The notes below the pieces were generated by a model. It saw only the letters and a program-made list of their open reading frames with translations, searched no databases and was not told the DNA's origin. This document shows, piece by piece, positions 51,101 through 64,000 of a stretch of DNA of 64,000 bases; position 1 is the stretch's first letter; every line of letters begins with the position of its first letter. The stretch covers positions 19,857,365-19,921,364 of the forward strand of contig NC_092678.1 of assembly GCF_964355755.1 (NCBI RefSeq). The letters run 5' to 3'. The translations under genes and the position numbers were made by a program. The stretch is from Antedon mediterranea (Eukaryota > Animalia > Echinodermata).

Positions 51101-54100
51101 TCTAAATATTAATATTCATTAAAAGTCTGAATTATTTATAGTTAAAAAATTGTGAAGAAATATTATTTTATCAATCCCCTTCATTTGCACTTTTTGCGTT
51201 CCATACTTTAACGGGGCCGAGTTTACCGATTATTTTTTGGCCGAGTTGACGTGAGGCCGAGTTGACGTGAGGCCGAGTTGACTTGAGGCCGAGTTGACTT
51301 GAGGCCGAGTTGACTTGAGGCCGACTTGACTTTGGCCGAGACGGTTTAGGGCCGACTTGGATCGAAACCTGTCAAACATAAAAGAAATCTTAGAGTCGAT
51401 GGCCTAGTTTTACAGCCGTCTAATAAACGTCACGTGATATTCGATTTTGTCGATAGGTGGCGGTATAAATTACGCAATATTTCACTGCATGACGATTGGT
51501 GTGTACTGCATGACGATTGGTGTGTACTGCATGACAATTGGTGTGTACTGCATGACCATTGGTGTGTACTGCATGATGTTTGGTGTGTACTGCATGACGA
51601 TTGGTGTGTACTGCATGATGTTTGATGTGTACTGCATGACGATTGGTGTGTACTGCATGACCATTGGTGTGTACTGCATGACCATTGGTGTGTACTGCAT
51701 GACCATTGGTGTGTACTGCATGATAAATGTTAACGACGATTGGTGTGTACTGCATGACCATTGGTGTGTACTGCATGACCATTGGTGTGTACTGCATGAC
51801 CATTGGTGTGTACTGCATGACCATTGGTGTGTACTGCATGACGATTGGTGTGTACTGCATGACCATTGTGAACTGAAGGCGGAGGAGGCGTTCCATACCA
51901 GAGGGCCCAGTTGGTGATCAGTGGCTGTGATGTACTAATACACCGGGGTAACCCCCTACTCGTCTCGAAAGATGTACTAGGTTCTTTAAAGTGCACACGA
52001 GCAAGTTGTGTACACTGGACCTACGGTTTATAGTCCTTATCCGAGAAGACTCGTTCTACCACCAGAACCATGGAGTAAGTGAGCCTCGAACCCCTGCCGA
52101 TGTTATGGCTACGTGATTACGGTTCCACTGTCTTAACCGCTCGGCCACTCACTCACTTCTTTATTGTTCAATTTATAAAGCGCTTAGACAATCAAAAGAT
52201 TGTCCCAAAGCGCTGAGAGAAAAAACAGAAAGAAATTAAAAAGAAAAAAGATGGGTTTTTATTTTTTTTAAGAGTGTTTTTTGAAAACTATGATAGAGGA
52301 TGCATAGTTATTGTAATAGTTATTGTATCTAGAAAACTCTAGCATTAGCTGGATACAGTAGTTGTTGTTATATGCCTTATAGTATAATACCTGTGCATAT
52401 ACTATAGTACCTCTGCACATAGTACCTGCACAAATAGTACCTGTACCTGCGAACATAGTTCAGGCCTTGTCTTTTAAGGCGAGCAAGTGCGATCACTCGC
52501 CTAACACACTCCTAAACTGCCCTTGAGGAGTGCGATTTACAACACGCTTAAATTTCGTAAACTTCTACACACCAAAATACAAACAGCACACTTACAGCAC
52601 CCCTGACTGTATTGAGGAGTGCAATTTTTTTAGCACACCTACAATTTAAAAAAAACAAGGCCTGTAGTTCCTGTGCACATAGTAGCTGCGCACATAGTAG
52701 CTGTGCACATAGTAGCTGTGCACATGCACATAGTACAGTAGCTGTGCACATAGTAGCTGCGCACATAGTAGCTGCGCACATAGTAGCTGCGCACATAGTA
52801 GCTGCGCACATAGTAGCTGCGCACATAGTAGCTGCGCACATAGTAGCTGCGCACATAGTAGCTGCGCACATAGTAGCTGCGCACATAGTAGCTGCGCACA
52901 TAGTAGCTGCGCACATAGTAGCTGCGCACATAGTAGCTGCGCACATAGTAGCTGCGCACATAGTAGCTATGCACATAGTTCATGTGCACATAGTTCATGT
53001 GACATAGTACAGTAGCTGTGCACATAGTAGCTGTGCACATAGTAGCTGCGCACATAGTAGCTGTGCACATAGTAACTAGCTGTGCACATAGTAGCTGTGC
53101 ACATAGTAGCTGTGCACATAGTAACTGTGCACATAGTAACTGTGCACATAGAACCTGCGCACATACTATGTGCACAAAGTACAGTACAGTACCTGCAAGA
53201 ATAAACTTTTTCTCCCATTAAGGACTCACATTAATAAATATTATATAGTCCAATAACTGGTTGTTAAATAAATCATATTTTTATTCAGCCCTCACAATTT
53301 GCAAGAAAGTGTGTCGGCAATAAATCGCTGGCGCTGTACAATTCACGTCTGCATTAACATATGCAATTTGTTAATGCAAATCAAATTCTATTCCTGTGTA
53401 AAGTATAAAGTCACTGGACGCTGTTGTTATGTAGGCGGGACTATCTATATAAATGATTTTATGTACTAGATATTTTATTTAATTGTATATATTTATATGT
53501 AGAGTTCCTATTATACTGATTTACCCCTGCCTAGGACTCCTGAATGTTATATTTGATGACGTCAAAAAACTAAAAGATGGATCTTTACTAAATTTACACC
53601 ACATGTGGTCAGAGCAGAATCAATTCCATTTTTAAAGCTTTTGAGACCAGATCTAAATTCATTATTATTATTTGCTAATTTTAGACCGTACATCAAAACT
53701 ACAAGATGGATCTTTATCACGATTCTTGATCCTTTTTCTCTCTTTACTACTGGCGGAGGTTGCAACTGGTTGCTCCTGTTATTAAATATGTATTAAGAGA
53801 AAGAAATCGGATACTAAATCAGCTACTGTATGTGGTTGCTAGCGCCTTGAGCACTTTTAGTGGATATGTGCGCTATATAATTTTGTATTATTATAATTGT
53901 ATTCAATCAAAAATTCTAAAAAAGTAAAATACTGCTTTGTGCTGCAGTGACCAAACGGCTGAATCGGCAACCAGAGACGTCATAGTAAACCAGCTACCTG
54001 AAATACAGAAACTTATGGAAAAAGGAGAGTTAGAGGTTGATAACATTGATGTGTTCTGTGAACAAGGGGTGTTTGACATCAACCAGTCTAGGAGAATTCT

Positions 54101-57100
54101 GGATGCTGGCAGAAAGGCTGGACTTGCTCTTAATTTTCATGGGGATGAACTTCATCCAATGGAAGCTGCTGAGGTACAATTTGGATATTTCAAATAATAT
54201 GAAATATGATTCATTAGTCATCATAGGGTTTGACCATTATTAGATGGGTACAGTAAACAAGCCCCTTTTTGAAGAAATCCCTTCAATGACGTTGGCCAAT
54301 TATATTTTTTTATAGCAAACCAACAAAGTGTGCCCATAGTATTGGTGCCCCCTATGTACCTTAAGCTTGGTTCCCACTAGAACGTAACGCAAGGACGTAA
54401 ACGCAACGCAAGCGTTTTAACCAATGACAAGCGATAGCTTATTCGCTTGTGATTGCTAACTGTCTATAACTTTGCTTGTCATTGGTTAAAACACTTGCGT
54501 TGCATTTACGTCCTTGCGTTACGTTCTAGTGGGAACCAAGCTTTAGTGGTAAAACAGAAGAACCCAACAGAATATCCCCATAGGATTGGGTTACAAAATA
54601 TATTGCCCTCTTGTTAGTTTCATAAGAAAGTGTCCCCTTAAATTGAGTGTAGTGTCCCAAGGGAGGTGTTCTAGTATTGCTCTTAGTGTCATCAAAGTTG
54701 TAGCATCTGTACTCTATACTGTAGTATGATTATCTTATTGTTTCCTTTGCAGTTAGGAGGAGAGCTAAAAGCTGAAGCAGTCAGCCACCTAGAGGAAATT
54801 AGCGATGCTGGAATGAAAGCTATGGCAGAAGCAGGGAGTGTGGCTGTCATTCTGCCAACAACAGCGTACATTCTGAGGCTCAAACATCCTCCAGTCAGGA
54901 AGATGATTGAACAAGGGGTTCCTGTTGCTTTGGGGAGTGACTTTAACCCAAATGCATTTTGTATGTCAATGGTTAGTTTCTTTCAAGTTACACTACAGTA
55001 GAACCCCTAATAGAAGTGTCCCCCTAATAGAAGTGTCCCCCTAATAGAAGTGTCCCCCTAATAGAAGTGTCCCCCTAATAGAAGTGTCCCCCTAATAGAA
55101 GTGTCCCCCTAATAGAAGTGTCCCCCTAATAGAAGTGTCCCCCTAATAGAAGTGTCCCCCTAATAGAAGTGTCCCCCTAATAGAAGTGTCCCCCTAATAG
55201 AAGTGTCCCCCTAATAGAAGTGTCCCCCTAATAGAAGTGTCCCCCTAATAGAAGTGTCCCCCTAATAGAAGTGTCCCCTAATAGAAGTGTCCCCCTAATA
55301 GAAGTGTCCCCCTAATAGAAGTGTCCCCCTAATAGAAGTGTCCCCCTAATAGAAGTGTCCCCCTAATAGAAGTGTCCCCCTAATAGAAGTGTCCCTCTAA
55401 TAGAAGTGTCCCTCTAATAGAAGTGTCCCTCTAATAGAAGTGTCCCTCTAATAGAAGTGTCCCTCTAATAAAAGTGTCCCTCTAATAAAAGTGTCCCTCT
55501 AATAAAAGTGTCCCTCTAATAAAAGTGTCCCTCTAATAAAAGTGTCCCTCTAATAAAAGTGTCCCTCTAATAAAAGTGTCCCTCTAATAAAAGTGTCCCT
55601 CTAATAAAAGTGTCCCTCTAATAAAAGTGTCCCTCTAATAAAAGTGTCCCTCTAATAAAAGTGTCCCTCTAATAAAAGTGTCCCTCTAATAAAAGTGTCC
55701 CTCTAATAAAAGTGTCCCTCTAATAAAAGTGTCCCTCTAATAAAAGTCTCCCTCTAATAAAAGTCTCCCTCTAATAAAAGTCTCCCTGTATAGGGGTTCT
55801 GCAATACTAACAGATATATGTTCCCTTGTTTGTTTCACTGGACTTGTATGCACTGGTATTTCGGTAAACTTCCTCTATGAAGACCGGGTTCCCTGTGCAC
55901 GCGAAGCGACTCCCATCAAGCGCGCAAAACTTAAACAGTTTGGCTATGGAGCAACTCCCAACGAATTCACAGAGTTCGGAAATATACGTGTTGCAATGGA
56001 TTTGACGTTTGCACTAAAATCATTGTCATTTCAAAATTATAGTGTGCGTGTTTGCTTTAAAAGTGTACAAAAAAGGTGAAAAACATCGTCAAGTAAAAAT
56101 TTAAGAATTGTCAGTGCGTACCTATTTTTTCACAAACTGCAATGACGTAATTTGTGTACCATTTGATTGGTCAGTTTTAATGATCATAACGTTGAAGTTG
56201 AACTCGGTTTAAGTTCAATAATTGCAGATTTCAACGATTTATGACGTTCATTTTTACCCCTTTTTCCTGTAAAAACCTTGAATCCTGTCAATTAAACGCA
56301 ACTCGTAACATTCTGTCGACAGGAAAGCCAGCTTTACATGTAGTTTGTTCAGTGTGCTAGGAGTCAACAAAAATAACCCTATCATTTCAATTCTAGCCTT
56401 TAGTGATGCACCTCGCCTGTGTCAACCTAAGAATGTCGATGCAAGAAGCCCTTGTTGCAGCCACTATTAACGCTGCCGCTTCTCTATGTAAATCTTCAAC
56501 TCACGGTTCTATCGAAGTTGGTAAATACGGCGACGTTTTGATACTAGACACACCAAGGTAAGTGGATCTGTTTTTGTTGTTAAAAACCGAGAACCATATT
56601 TTGACAACGGAATTAGAGATGTACAGTGTGTATGATTTCAGAACAATTGTGAGATTTCTGATTTTGCTGCCGTAAATTACTGTGATGTCATGTGTGCATA
56701 GCAATATCACTGTTGTTTTATTTTTTACGATTTATTTAAAAATAAATATATATATATATAAACAAATTATGTTAATTATAACAAAATTGTGGTATAGCAA
56801 TGTGCTATACTAAAAACTACTTGCTAGCTGGACCGTTTATAGACTTATATATATATTTTATAGACTTTATAGGCTTATAGCAATCCACCCCAGATTAAAT
56901 ATATGGTCAAACATACAATATATATAACCAACGGTAACAACCACGCATTTATAGCTTTAAGGACAGAGTGAAGCTCCTAATCTGAAACAGGATATTTATG
57001 CCCACTCTGCTTTCTCCCGAGATTTCTCAAGGTTTGCGTATGTGTGTATGAAAACGTGTAATAAATCAAAAGATCAAACTATGTTACAAATTGTTGTAAC

Positions 57101-57547
57101 AATTTATGCAGATTTGAAAAGGGTTACCATCTTTAAAGATGGTTAAAAAAATAATAGCCTTTTAATCCAGGGATTCTGTCAACACTTACGTAAGCCCCAG
57201 GCTAGTCATGCGCTTAACTCGACCGCAGGTGACATTGCTGACCTTCACAAACAAGTAGAGTAATACAGTACCAGCATCAATTTAAGACTTCCATATCAAG
57301 CAATCAACAAAGTCTCATTAAAAACATAATGATTTGCCATTTAGAACAGCAGCCTTCACAAAAATTAAGTCCTCACTTGAAGATGCATCATGGATAGGAA
57401 GATCATTGGTCATTGCTCGGGTTGTTAAATTATATTTATTCTGCTTTTAGATGGGAGCATTTAGTATACCAGATGGCTAATCATGAAAGGTTGATTGAGT
57501 ATGTGATCAAGCAAGGAGATGTCGCCTACCAACGGGACAAACGATGA
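48158..57547 (+). CDS. AMDHD1: Probable imidazolonepropionase (HutI, histidine catabolism)
   Basis: Exons 48158-48309 (alternative in-frame ATG at 48113), 48899-48996, 49361-49425, 49524-49801, 53948-54173, 54753-54971, 56397-56557, 57451-57547. Motifs PGLVDGHTHPVWAGDRVHEF, GTTLVECKSGYGL, DVFCEQGVF, NFHGDEL, SHLEE, ALGSDFNPNA, WEHLVYQ. Confidence 0.95.
49926..50281 (+). repeat. 21-bp minisatellite (catgcagtacacaccaatcgt)n, left arm
   Basis: Direct reading. Explains the spurious MQYTPIV and HAVHTNR ORFs. Confidence 0.95.
50508..51369. mobile_element. MITE with repeat-rich TIRs (aagtcggcc family; MULE-like) nested in the IS3EU-like element
   Basis: TIRs caagtcggccctaaaccgtctcggccaaagtcaagtcggcc plus ~16-bp subterminal repeats. 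Flanking direct repeat tgtcaaac at 50500-50507 and 51370-51377. Confidence 0.8.
51484..51867 (-). repeat. 21-bp minisatellite, right arm (inverted copy)
   Basis: (acgattggtgtgtactgcatg)n, the reverse complement of the left array. Confidence 0.95.
52461..52664. mobile_element. 204-bp MITE with CAG..CTG termini and 5-bp TSD
   Basis: tagtt|caggccttgtcttttaa ... ttaaaaaaaacaaggcctg|tagtt, inserted at the degenerate edge of the 15-bp satellite. Confidence 0.65.
52670..53180. repeat. 15-bp minisatellite (gcacatagtagctgc/t)n
   Basis: Homogeneous core at about 52745-52965 with degenerate edges extending to about 52390. Confidence 0.95.
54363..54543. mobile_element. aagcttggttcccactag-family MITE in AMDHD1 intron 5
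   Basis: Near-perfect palindrome flanked by TA/TTA, similar to 8378-8558. Confidence 0.85.
55004..55787. repeat. 17-bp minisatellite (cccctaatagaagtgtc)n, about 46 units, inside Tc1/mariner-like MITE ends
   Basis: The array is bounded by ta|cagtagaacccct (54996) and aggggttct (55792-55800). Confidence 0.93.
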
Positions 57548-58652
57548 TAAAACAAATGAAATCGTAGACATGCTATAAGAACTAGGTAGCTAACTAGGCG
57601 ACGGAGTCACTAGTCTGTTGTGAAGGTCTCTTGGTTGTCGGTGTTTACTGTTTTTGGCCACCCTTTAATAAGGTAATAATAAAATAAAACCGAATGTTGT
57701 TATCAATAACGAATCCAGAAATTGTGTATCGGGAGCTTTAAAATGCAGGTATAAAGCGATTGTTCAAACATAAAAATATATTCAAAATATCATAAATATT
57801 GTTCTGCCTTAATATGTGGTTATATACTAATTTGCACGGGTTGAGGAAGTATAATAAAAGTGCACTCTTCCCAAAAGTACTCGGACAAATTATTTTAAAA
57901 ATAAACTAATTGTCTTAATATTTATGATATTTAAATAATTAAATAAATTGTGTCTTGATGGAAATTTTTTGGGATTGTGAACCCACCCCCTACAGCAGAC
58001 ACACACGTTTTATGAAATAACAACATAAATTTATATGAACCTCGACTTAGTATAACTCTAACTATAGTTATTGATATAATATTCTGCAATTATGTTATTT
58101 GTGCCCTATCTTTTTTCTTTTTTTCTTTTCTTTCATCAATGTCTGTCAAAATTTGTCTTCGCGTTGGAACCAAATCCTTAGCCTTTTAAAATGTAAAATT
58201 ATTCCTAAATAGAAAAAAAATAGAAAATTATATATATATTTTTGTTTACATGTATTTTTCTAATGTTAACTCTAAAATGACATTCTACAAGTTCAGTACA
58301 ATTTTTATATCACCATTATGTATGTTTTTGTAATGGTTATGAAAATTTGGTATTTATATTGGTAATAGCTGTTTTTTAAAACTCTTAAAATTACCTTTAT
58401 ACGATTACAAAGGGTGTAAGTTGCGGGTTAAAGGACCCAAATACTATTGTGTGGAAACATAAAGTAATCGTTTTATGGTCGTTTTTGAAAATGGTTAAAG
58501 TACCACCATACCATAAAGAATTATAGTATTTATTTGAGCAAATTTTTTTAGTCAATTAACAGTTTTGTCAATTAAGTTTTATTGTATCCTGTTTGTGACT
58601 AGTGTAAGTCAAGTATGCATTTCCTCAGTAAAAGTTGGGACATTGACATTAA

Positions 58653-59135
58653 TTTGTGACCCAATGACACTAATTTTTTACACTTTTGTGACCTAATGAT
58701 GCTAATTTGTGACACTTTTGTGACCCAATGACAATAATTTGTGACACTTTTGTGATCCAATGATAATAATATTGATACATTTGTGATCCAATGACACTAA
58801 TTTGTGACACATTTGTGATCCAATGACACTAATTTGTGATCCAATGACACTAATTTGTGATCCAATGACACTAATTTGTGACGCTTTTGTTATTCAATGA
58901 TACTAATTTGTGACACTAATTTGTGATCCAATGACACTAATTTGTGACACTTTTGTGACCAAATGAGACATTTGTGATCCTATGACACTAATTTGTGACA
59001 AAATGATAATATTGATACATTTGTGACCCAATGACACTTACTGTATGGGTGACACTTTTGTGATCCAATGACACAAATTTGTGACACTTTTGTGACCCAA
59101 TGATACTAATTTTTGACACTAATTTGTGACCCAAT
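58653..59135. repeat. Degenerate tandem repeat of tttgtga(c/t)ccaatgacactaa and tttgtgacac units
   Basis: Mixed 12-, 21- and 33-bp periodicity read directly. Confidence 0.85.
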
Positions 59136-61736
59136 CATGTACTGTACACAAAATTGAACCTTTTTACTTGTAATCATTGGTGAGAGGTGACAGTTCTTTT
59201 TACTTAAAGTGTACTGTACTTTAGAGTTCATTGCCTTACTATTCAGGATCTTTATAGTGGGTACCTGCATAATATAGTAACAATTCATCAGTTGTCTATT
59301 TTGTGGCTACTCACTATCTTTTTATTAGCTGGTTACAATTAGTGACATAACACAGAGACCCGAGGTCCCTGGTTTAGGGACCCAAAGTGGCCCTCGTTTT
59401 TAGCCTTTTTAAAAATGTTTTAATGCCTTTTTTTTAAAACCTCTTGGCTCTGCTCATGGCCCCCTTTGTTTACCCAGTAAGTGCTCATAGGCGTTACGCC
59501 ACCAGTTATAAAATCAATAACCAAAATACAAAATGTTTCTTTTATGCGTAGGTGCTATGTGCATGTTGAATTTTATTTTTAGTTTTGTCAATTTACTGTT
59601 AATTTATTACCCTAAGGTTCTCCAACCCAATTTCTGCCTGTACTATCCAATCATTGACAATTTTCTGATTCAAAATATGTAATTCACTTAGGGATTATGG
59701 AGAGTAAATTTAATTTAATAGTTTAATATAATTTTTTTTTTTTGCATTAATTTTGTTTTTGCCAATTATAGAAATGTGTGTATAATGGCCATGGGAAATA
59801 TTTCTTTTTCAACACCTCTAGCAAAATTTAGTCCAGCATTCAAAAAAGGTTCCGAAACTTTTCTCTGAAGACAAACTAAACTATGGTGATATTTGATTCA
59901 GTTAATAATTAAAAAAATGTGTCGTAGTGTAATTCCAATCTAAACATTTATACTAAACTACTTGAGCTAGGTTTCCACGCAGTTGCCGCCAAATATGCAG
60001 CCTTGACGTGGCCCTTCTTTTTTTTTGCGCATGCGATTACAATCTGGTTATGAATTTTACAAAAATCCTGCACCAAATTTGAAAAGGGTATAGCTATGAG
60101 AACCATATAATGTATTTCCCGTGGCCAGATGCAGTTTGATTTTGCTTCATTAATTTACTTAAATACTGCGCCTTACTTGCCAGTGAGATGATTTACAGGG
60201 TTATGGTCAGTTTATTAAAATAGAACCAAAGTTAGGCTTCCAACAGTACTCCATTTGCTGTCGTTTAAACATTGTTGCAATAAAGGTTTGGACTTATCTA
60301 TTACGTTTGTGTCTTTAGTGTTTATTTTACCACTCTACAGGATTTGTGTTTTTTCTCCGCGGTTCGTACTTGTTTATTGGCCACGAACAAGATCATTCAT
60401 GCATTAAAGACTTTTTTTCAGTAGTTAGGTAGTTAACCTAATGTAATAACATGTCTGATGACTCCCTAGACGGTGAAACAAGATGGTGGATATACGGTGG
60501 ATAATTTTTGCTATAGCATGAAAATAAAACTGAAGTTAAATAAAAATATCAGAAATGTAATATTCAAGTTATATTACCTATATTTAGTCATCTGATAACA
60601 TTTTTTACCACACCGTTTATTTTTCATAGCTTTTTAAAATGCCTCTCTATTTACAAAATGTGTGTACAAAAGAATAGAGATTTTACTGTGTAATTTGAAC
60701 TATCCCCCCACTGATAAGAAAGCGCTTATTTTCAACAAGCTTGTGTAACACAAATAAAATCCCAAAAATTATGACGCATAGGGAAAAATATAGATCGATA
60801 ATTATTGGAATGTATGATCACTAGACATTTTTGGCCCGCACCTGGCCTTTAAAGAGTACAGTAGCATTTGTAAATCATGGCCTATACCTCATTGGTCACT
60901 TATCGTGAAGACTGTTCATAAGTCTATGGTTAACTACTTGCGTTTTTAACTCCGGATGTTTAATGGCTAACACTAACATCGTTCCGACACAAACATGCTT
61001 CGTGATAAGCTGAGAGTCTTAACACATGTTTCATAATTTTTTTAAACACAAATAATGTTGAATGCCAAGAGATTTTTAGTAATCAAGAGCGATGCTCTCT
61101 TTATTGTATACAAAACTAACAATTACACCTTCTAGTAAAGAAACGTACAGCAGGAATATAGATATTAAACTACCATATTTCAAGTTTTTTTATGCCGATA
61201 TGCCCACTGTACATAAGTACATTCCATGTGTTAAAACACCAAGAACTTTATCTGTTATCAGAGCTATGGTCTTGGTAAGTGAGCAAAAACAAGGCCCTAT
61301 GTAGGTTTCTGGGCGCTGAACTAAAAACTAGGACCTGCAGTTGGTTTACTGGGCTATGAACTAAACCTATGGTAGATTTCCTGGGAAGTGAGCAAAAACA
61401 AGGCCTTATGATGTATGATTTCTAGGCAATTAACAAAAACTAGGCCAAGGTACCCTTAAATAATTGATTCTTGAAAATTCTGTGGCCAGGTTCAAAAGGT
61501 TTTACTTTTTTCAACCACACTAAAGAATTAACACATTAAGATTTACTTCTCTATTTATTGGGAAAAATCAAGGAATAGTAGGAGTAGACACGTACACGGA
61601 CACCGAATTTGATATCTTTTACGATTCAACTTAAGGGACTTTCTGTCCAAGAATCTCCCGCACTTCCTTCAAGTTTATACATGTTTGTTTGAGGAAGATT
61701 ATAAAGTTCATTTTTGTTCGGAATGTTCTATTTTTG

Positions 61737-63110
<1,374 letters not shown>

Positions 63111-64000
63111 AATTAAAACTGTGTAATTTCGCTAATAGTATAATAAAGTAGTCTTATATTGGTGACTATTTACAAAAAAGACCGGTACCCACGCGCGTTT
63201 ATTGTACGTTCTTAAGCTACCAAATGAGGGCGCCATCATCACATACTTTTTCTTTTATTAATATTAGTTTGATGATCTTTAATAAAAAAGATCACCTATT
63301 GTTATTGTATAAAATCTTTATTATTTCTCGTTTTTTTTTTAATTTTTTTTAAATACATCAATTATTGAATACTAGACAATTGTCAATTAAGAAATTGTCC
63401 GCCGCTTTTAGTAAAATACAAAATATATACAGTAAAACCTAAAGTATTATTGACAGATGTAGTATTTACAAGCAAAAAATGAATCCCGAAATTTATATTC
63501 CGTTTGAATGAAGAATATAACATAAGTGTTTAGGCCTACATCAAAATCTAATATTCGTTACAATATAGATTAAATGTGGTAAATAAGTCACATAGCATAG
63601 GCAATCTTCAGGAAAAACGTAGGCCTAGATAATGTTCACTGTTTACGTACCATGCCTTAGCAGACCTACCGTAAAATCGGTCAAGGAGCTATATTTTTAT
63701 AATCGAAATGATGTGTTATCCTGTGTAGTTAATTCTTAAGTCTACAGAACACACTATTTTCTTACAAACATTAACACAAGAAAATTCAACATAAAGAAAG
63801 GGGTTTGCAACGAAGAGATTACGAACAGAGAGACATTAAAAAAAAAAAAAAAAATCACAAGTAAACTTTAGAAGTAGGACATTTAAACAGAAAAACCAAT
63901 TCCCGTCTTGCTTTCCTGAAATGGGGGAAACGGTGTACTAAAGTATTATACAATTCATTTGTAGACTATATATATACAACATTATAATAATACATGTTAA

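Larger units (their letters stand above)
49889..51897. mobile_element. IS3EU-like non-autonomous foldback transposon with minisatellite-containing ~480-bp TIRs
   Basis: Termini TATGG..CCATA. 6-bp TSD ccagag at 49883-49888 and 51898-51903. Arms about 49889-50361 and 51405-51897. Confidence 0.75.
49822..52153 (-). mobile_element. tRNA-derived SINE with Deu/Nin-like central domain, split by later insertions (head 52153-51898, tail 49888-49822)
   Basis: Minus strand: A box tggccgagcgg, B box ggttcgaggc, then cggataaggactataaaccgtaggtcc..taaagaacc..gagtagggggttaccccggtg (Deu-domain-like, from memory). It continues across the insertion into gagatcagtctttgactgaagagg..(aaac)n. Confidence 0.75.

Noticed and set aside
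52060-52153. tRNA gene on the minus strand
   Set aside because: A and B boxes are present but there is no convincing cloverleaf, and the sequence continues into a SINE body.
49827-53221. Repetitive ORFs (MQYTPIV, YCMTIGV, CAATM, HIVAA, SYYVR) resembling low-complexity proteins
   Set aside because: They are translations of 21-bp and 15-bp minisatellites within an AMDHD1 intron, open in several frames on both strands.
55004-55787. Regular short repeats as a possible CRISPR array
   Set aside because: Head-to-tail units with no unique spacers, no cas genes, and a eukaryotic intron context.
56900-57420. Possible decayed CR1/L2 reverse transcriptase fragment on the minus strand
   Set aside because: Only faint motif echoes (NDLP, LQ.DL, KWQ) with no continuous frame, too weak to annotate.
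42422-57547. Bacterial horizontal transfer or operon-like GNAT plus hutI cluster
   Set aside because: AMDHD1 has seven spliceosomal introns and animal-type sequence, and single-coding-exon NAT8-like genes are normal in animals.

Overview
AT-rich, intron-containing animal genomic DNA, not prokaryotic. Gene content and repeats suggest an invertebrate deuterostome, possibly an echinoderm (inference). I spliced genes by hand from GT-AG sites. In order: the terminal exon of a METTL27-like methyltransferase (+); a secreted protein with a WAP domain, a Tyr-rich micro-exon and six acidic-linker/SRCR units (-); two tandem 10-exon CLCA-family zinc-metalloprotease/VWA membrane proteins (+) lying in 13-14 kb tandem duplication units; two intronless NAT8/camello-like GNAT acetyltransferases (-); the 8-exon imidazolonepropionase AMDHD1 (+); and the 4-exon SNRPF (-). 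Introns and intergenic DNA hold many non-autonomous transposons: Helitron-, MULE-, Kolobok-, Harbinger- and IS3EU-like elements, a Deu-domain SINE and an RTE LINE tail. Superfamily calls rest on termini and target-site duplications (TSDs) only. Highlights: (1) the WAP-SRCR protein, whose SRCR domains lack the canonical acidic cation-binding residues; (2) CLCA paralogues that are near-identical at both ends but divergent over the VWA region; (3) at least seven 14-28 bp CA..TG palindromes with exact 7-bp TSDs, resembling P/Galileo-type excision footprints; (4) a three-tier transposon nest in an AMDHD1 intron; (5) AMDHD1-SNRPF linkage, which is also seen in human.
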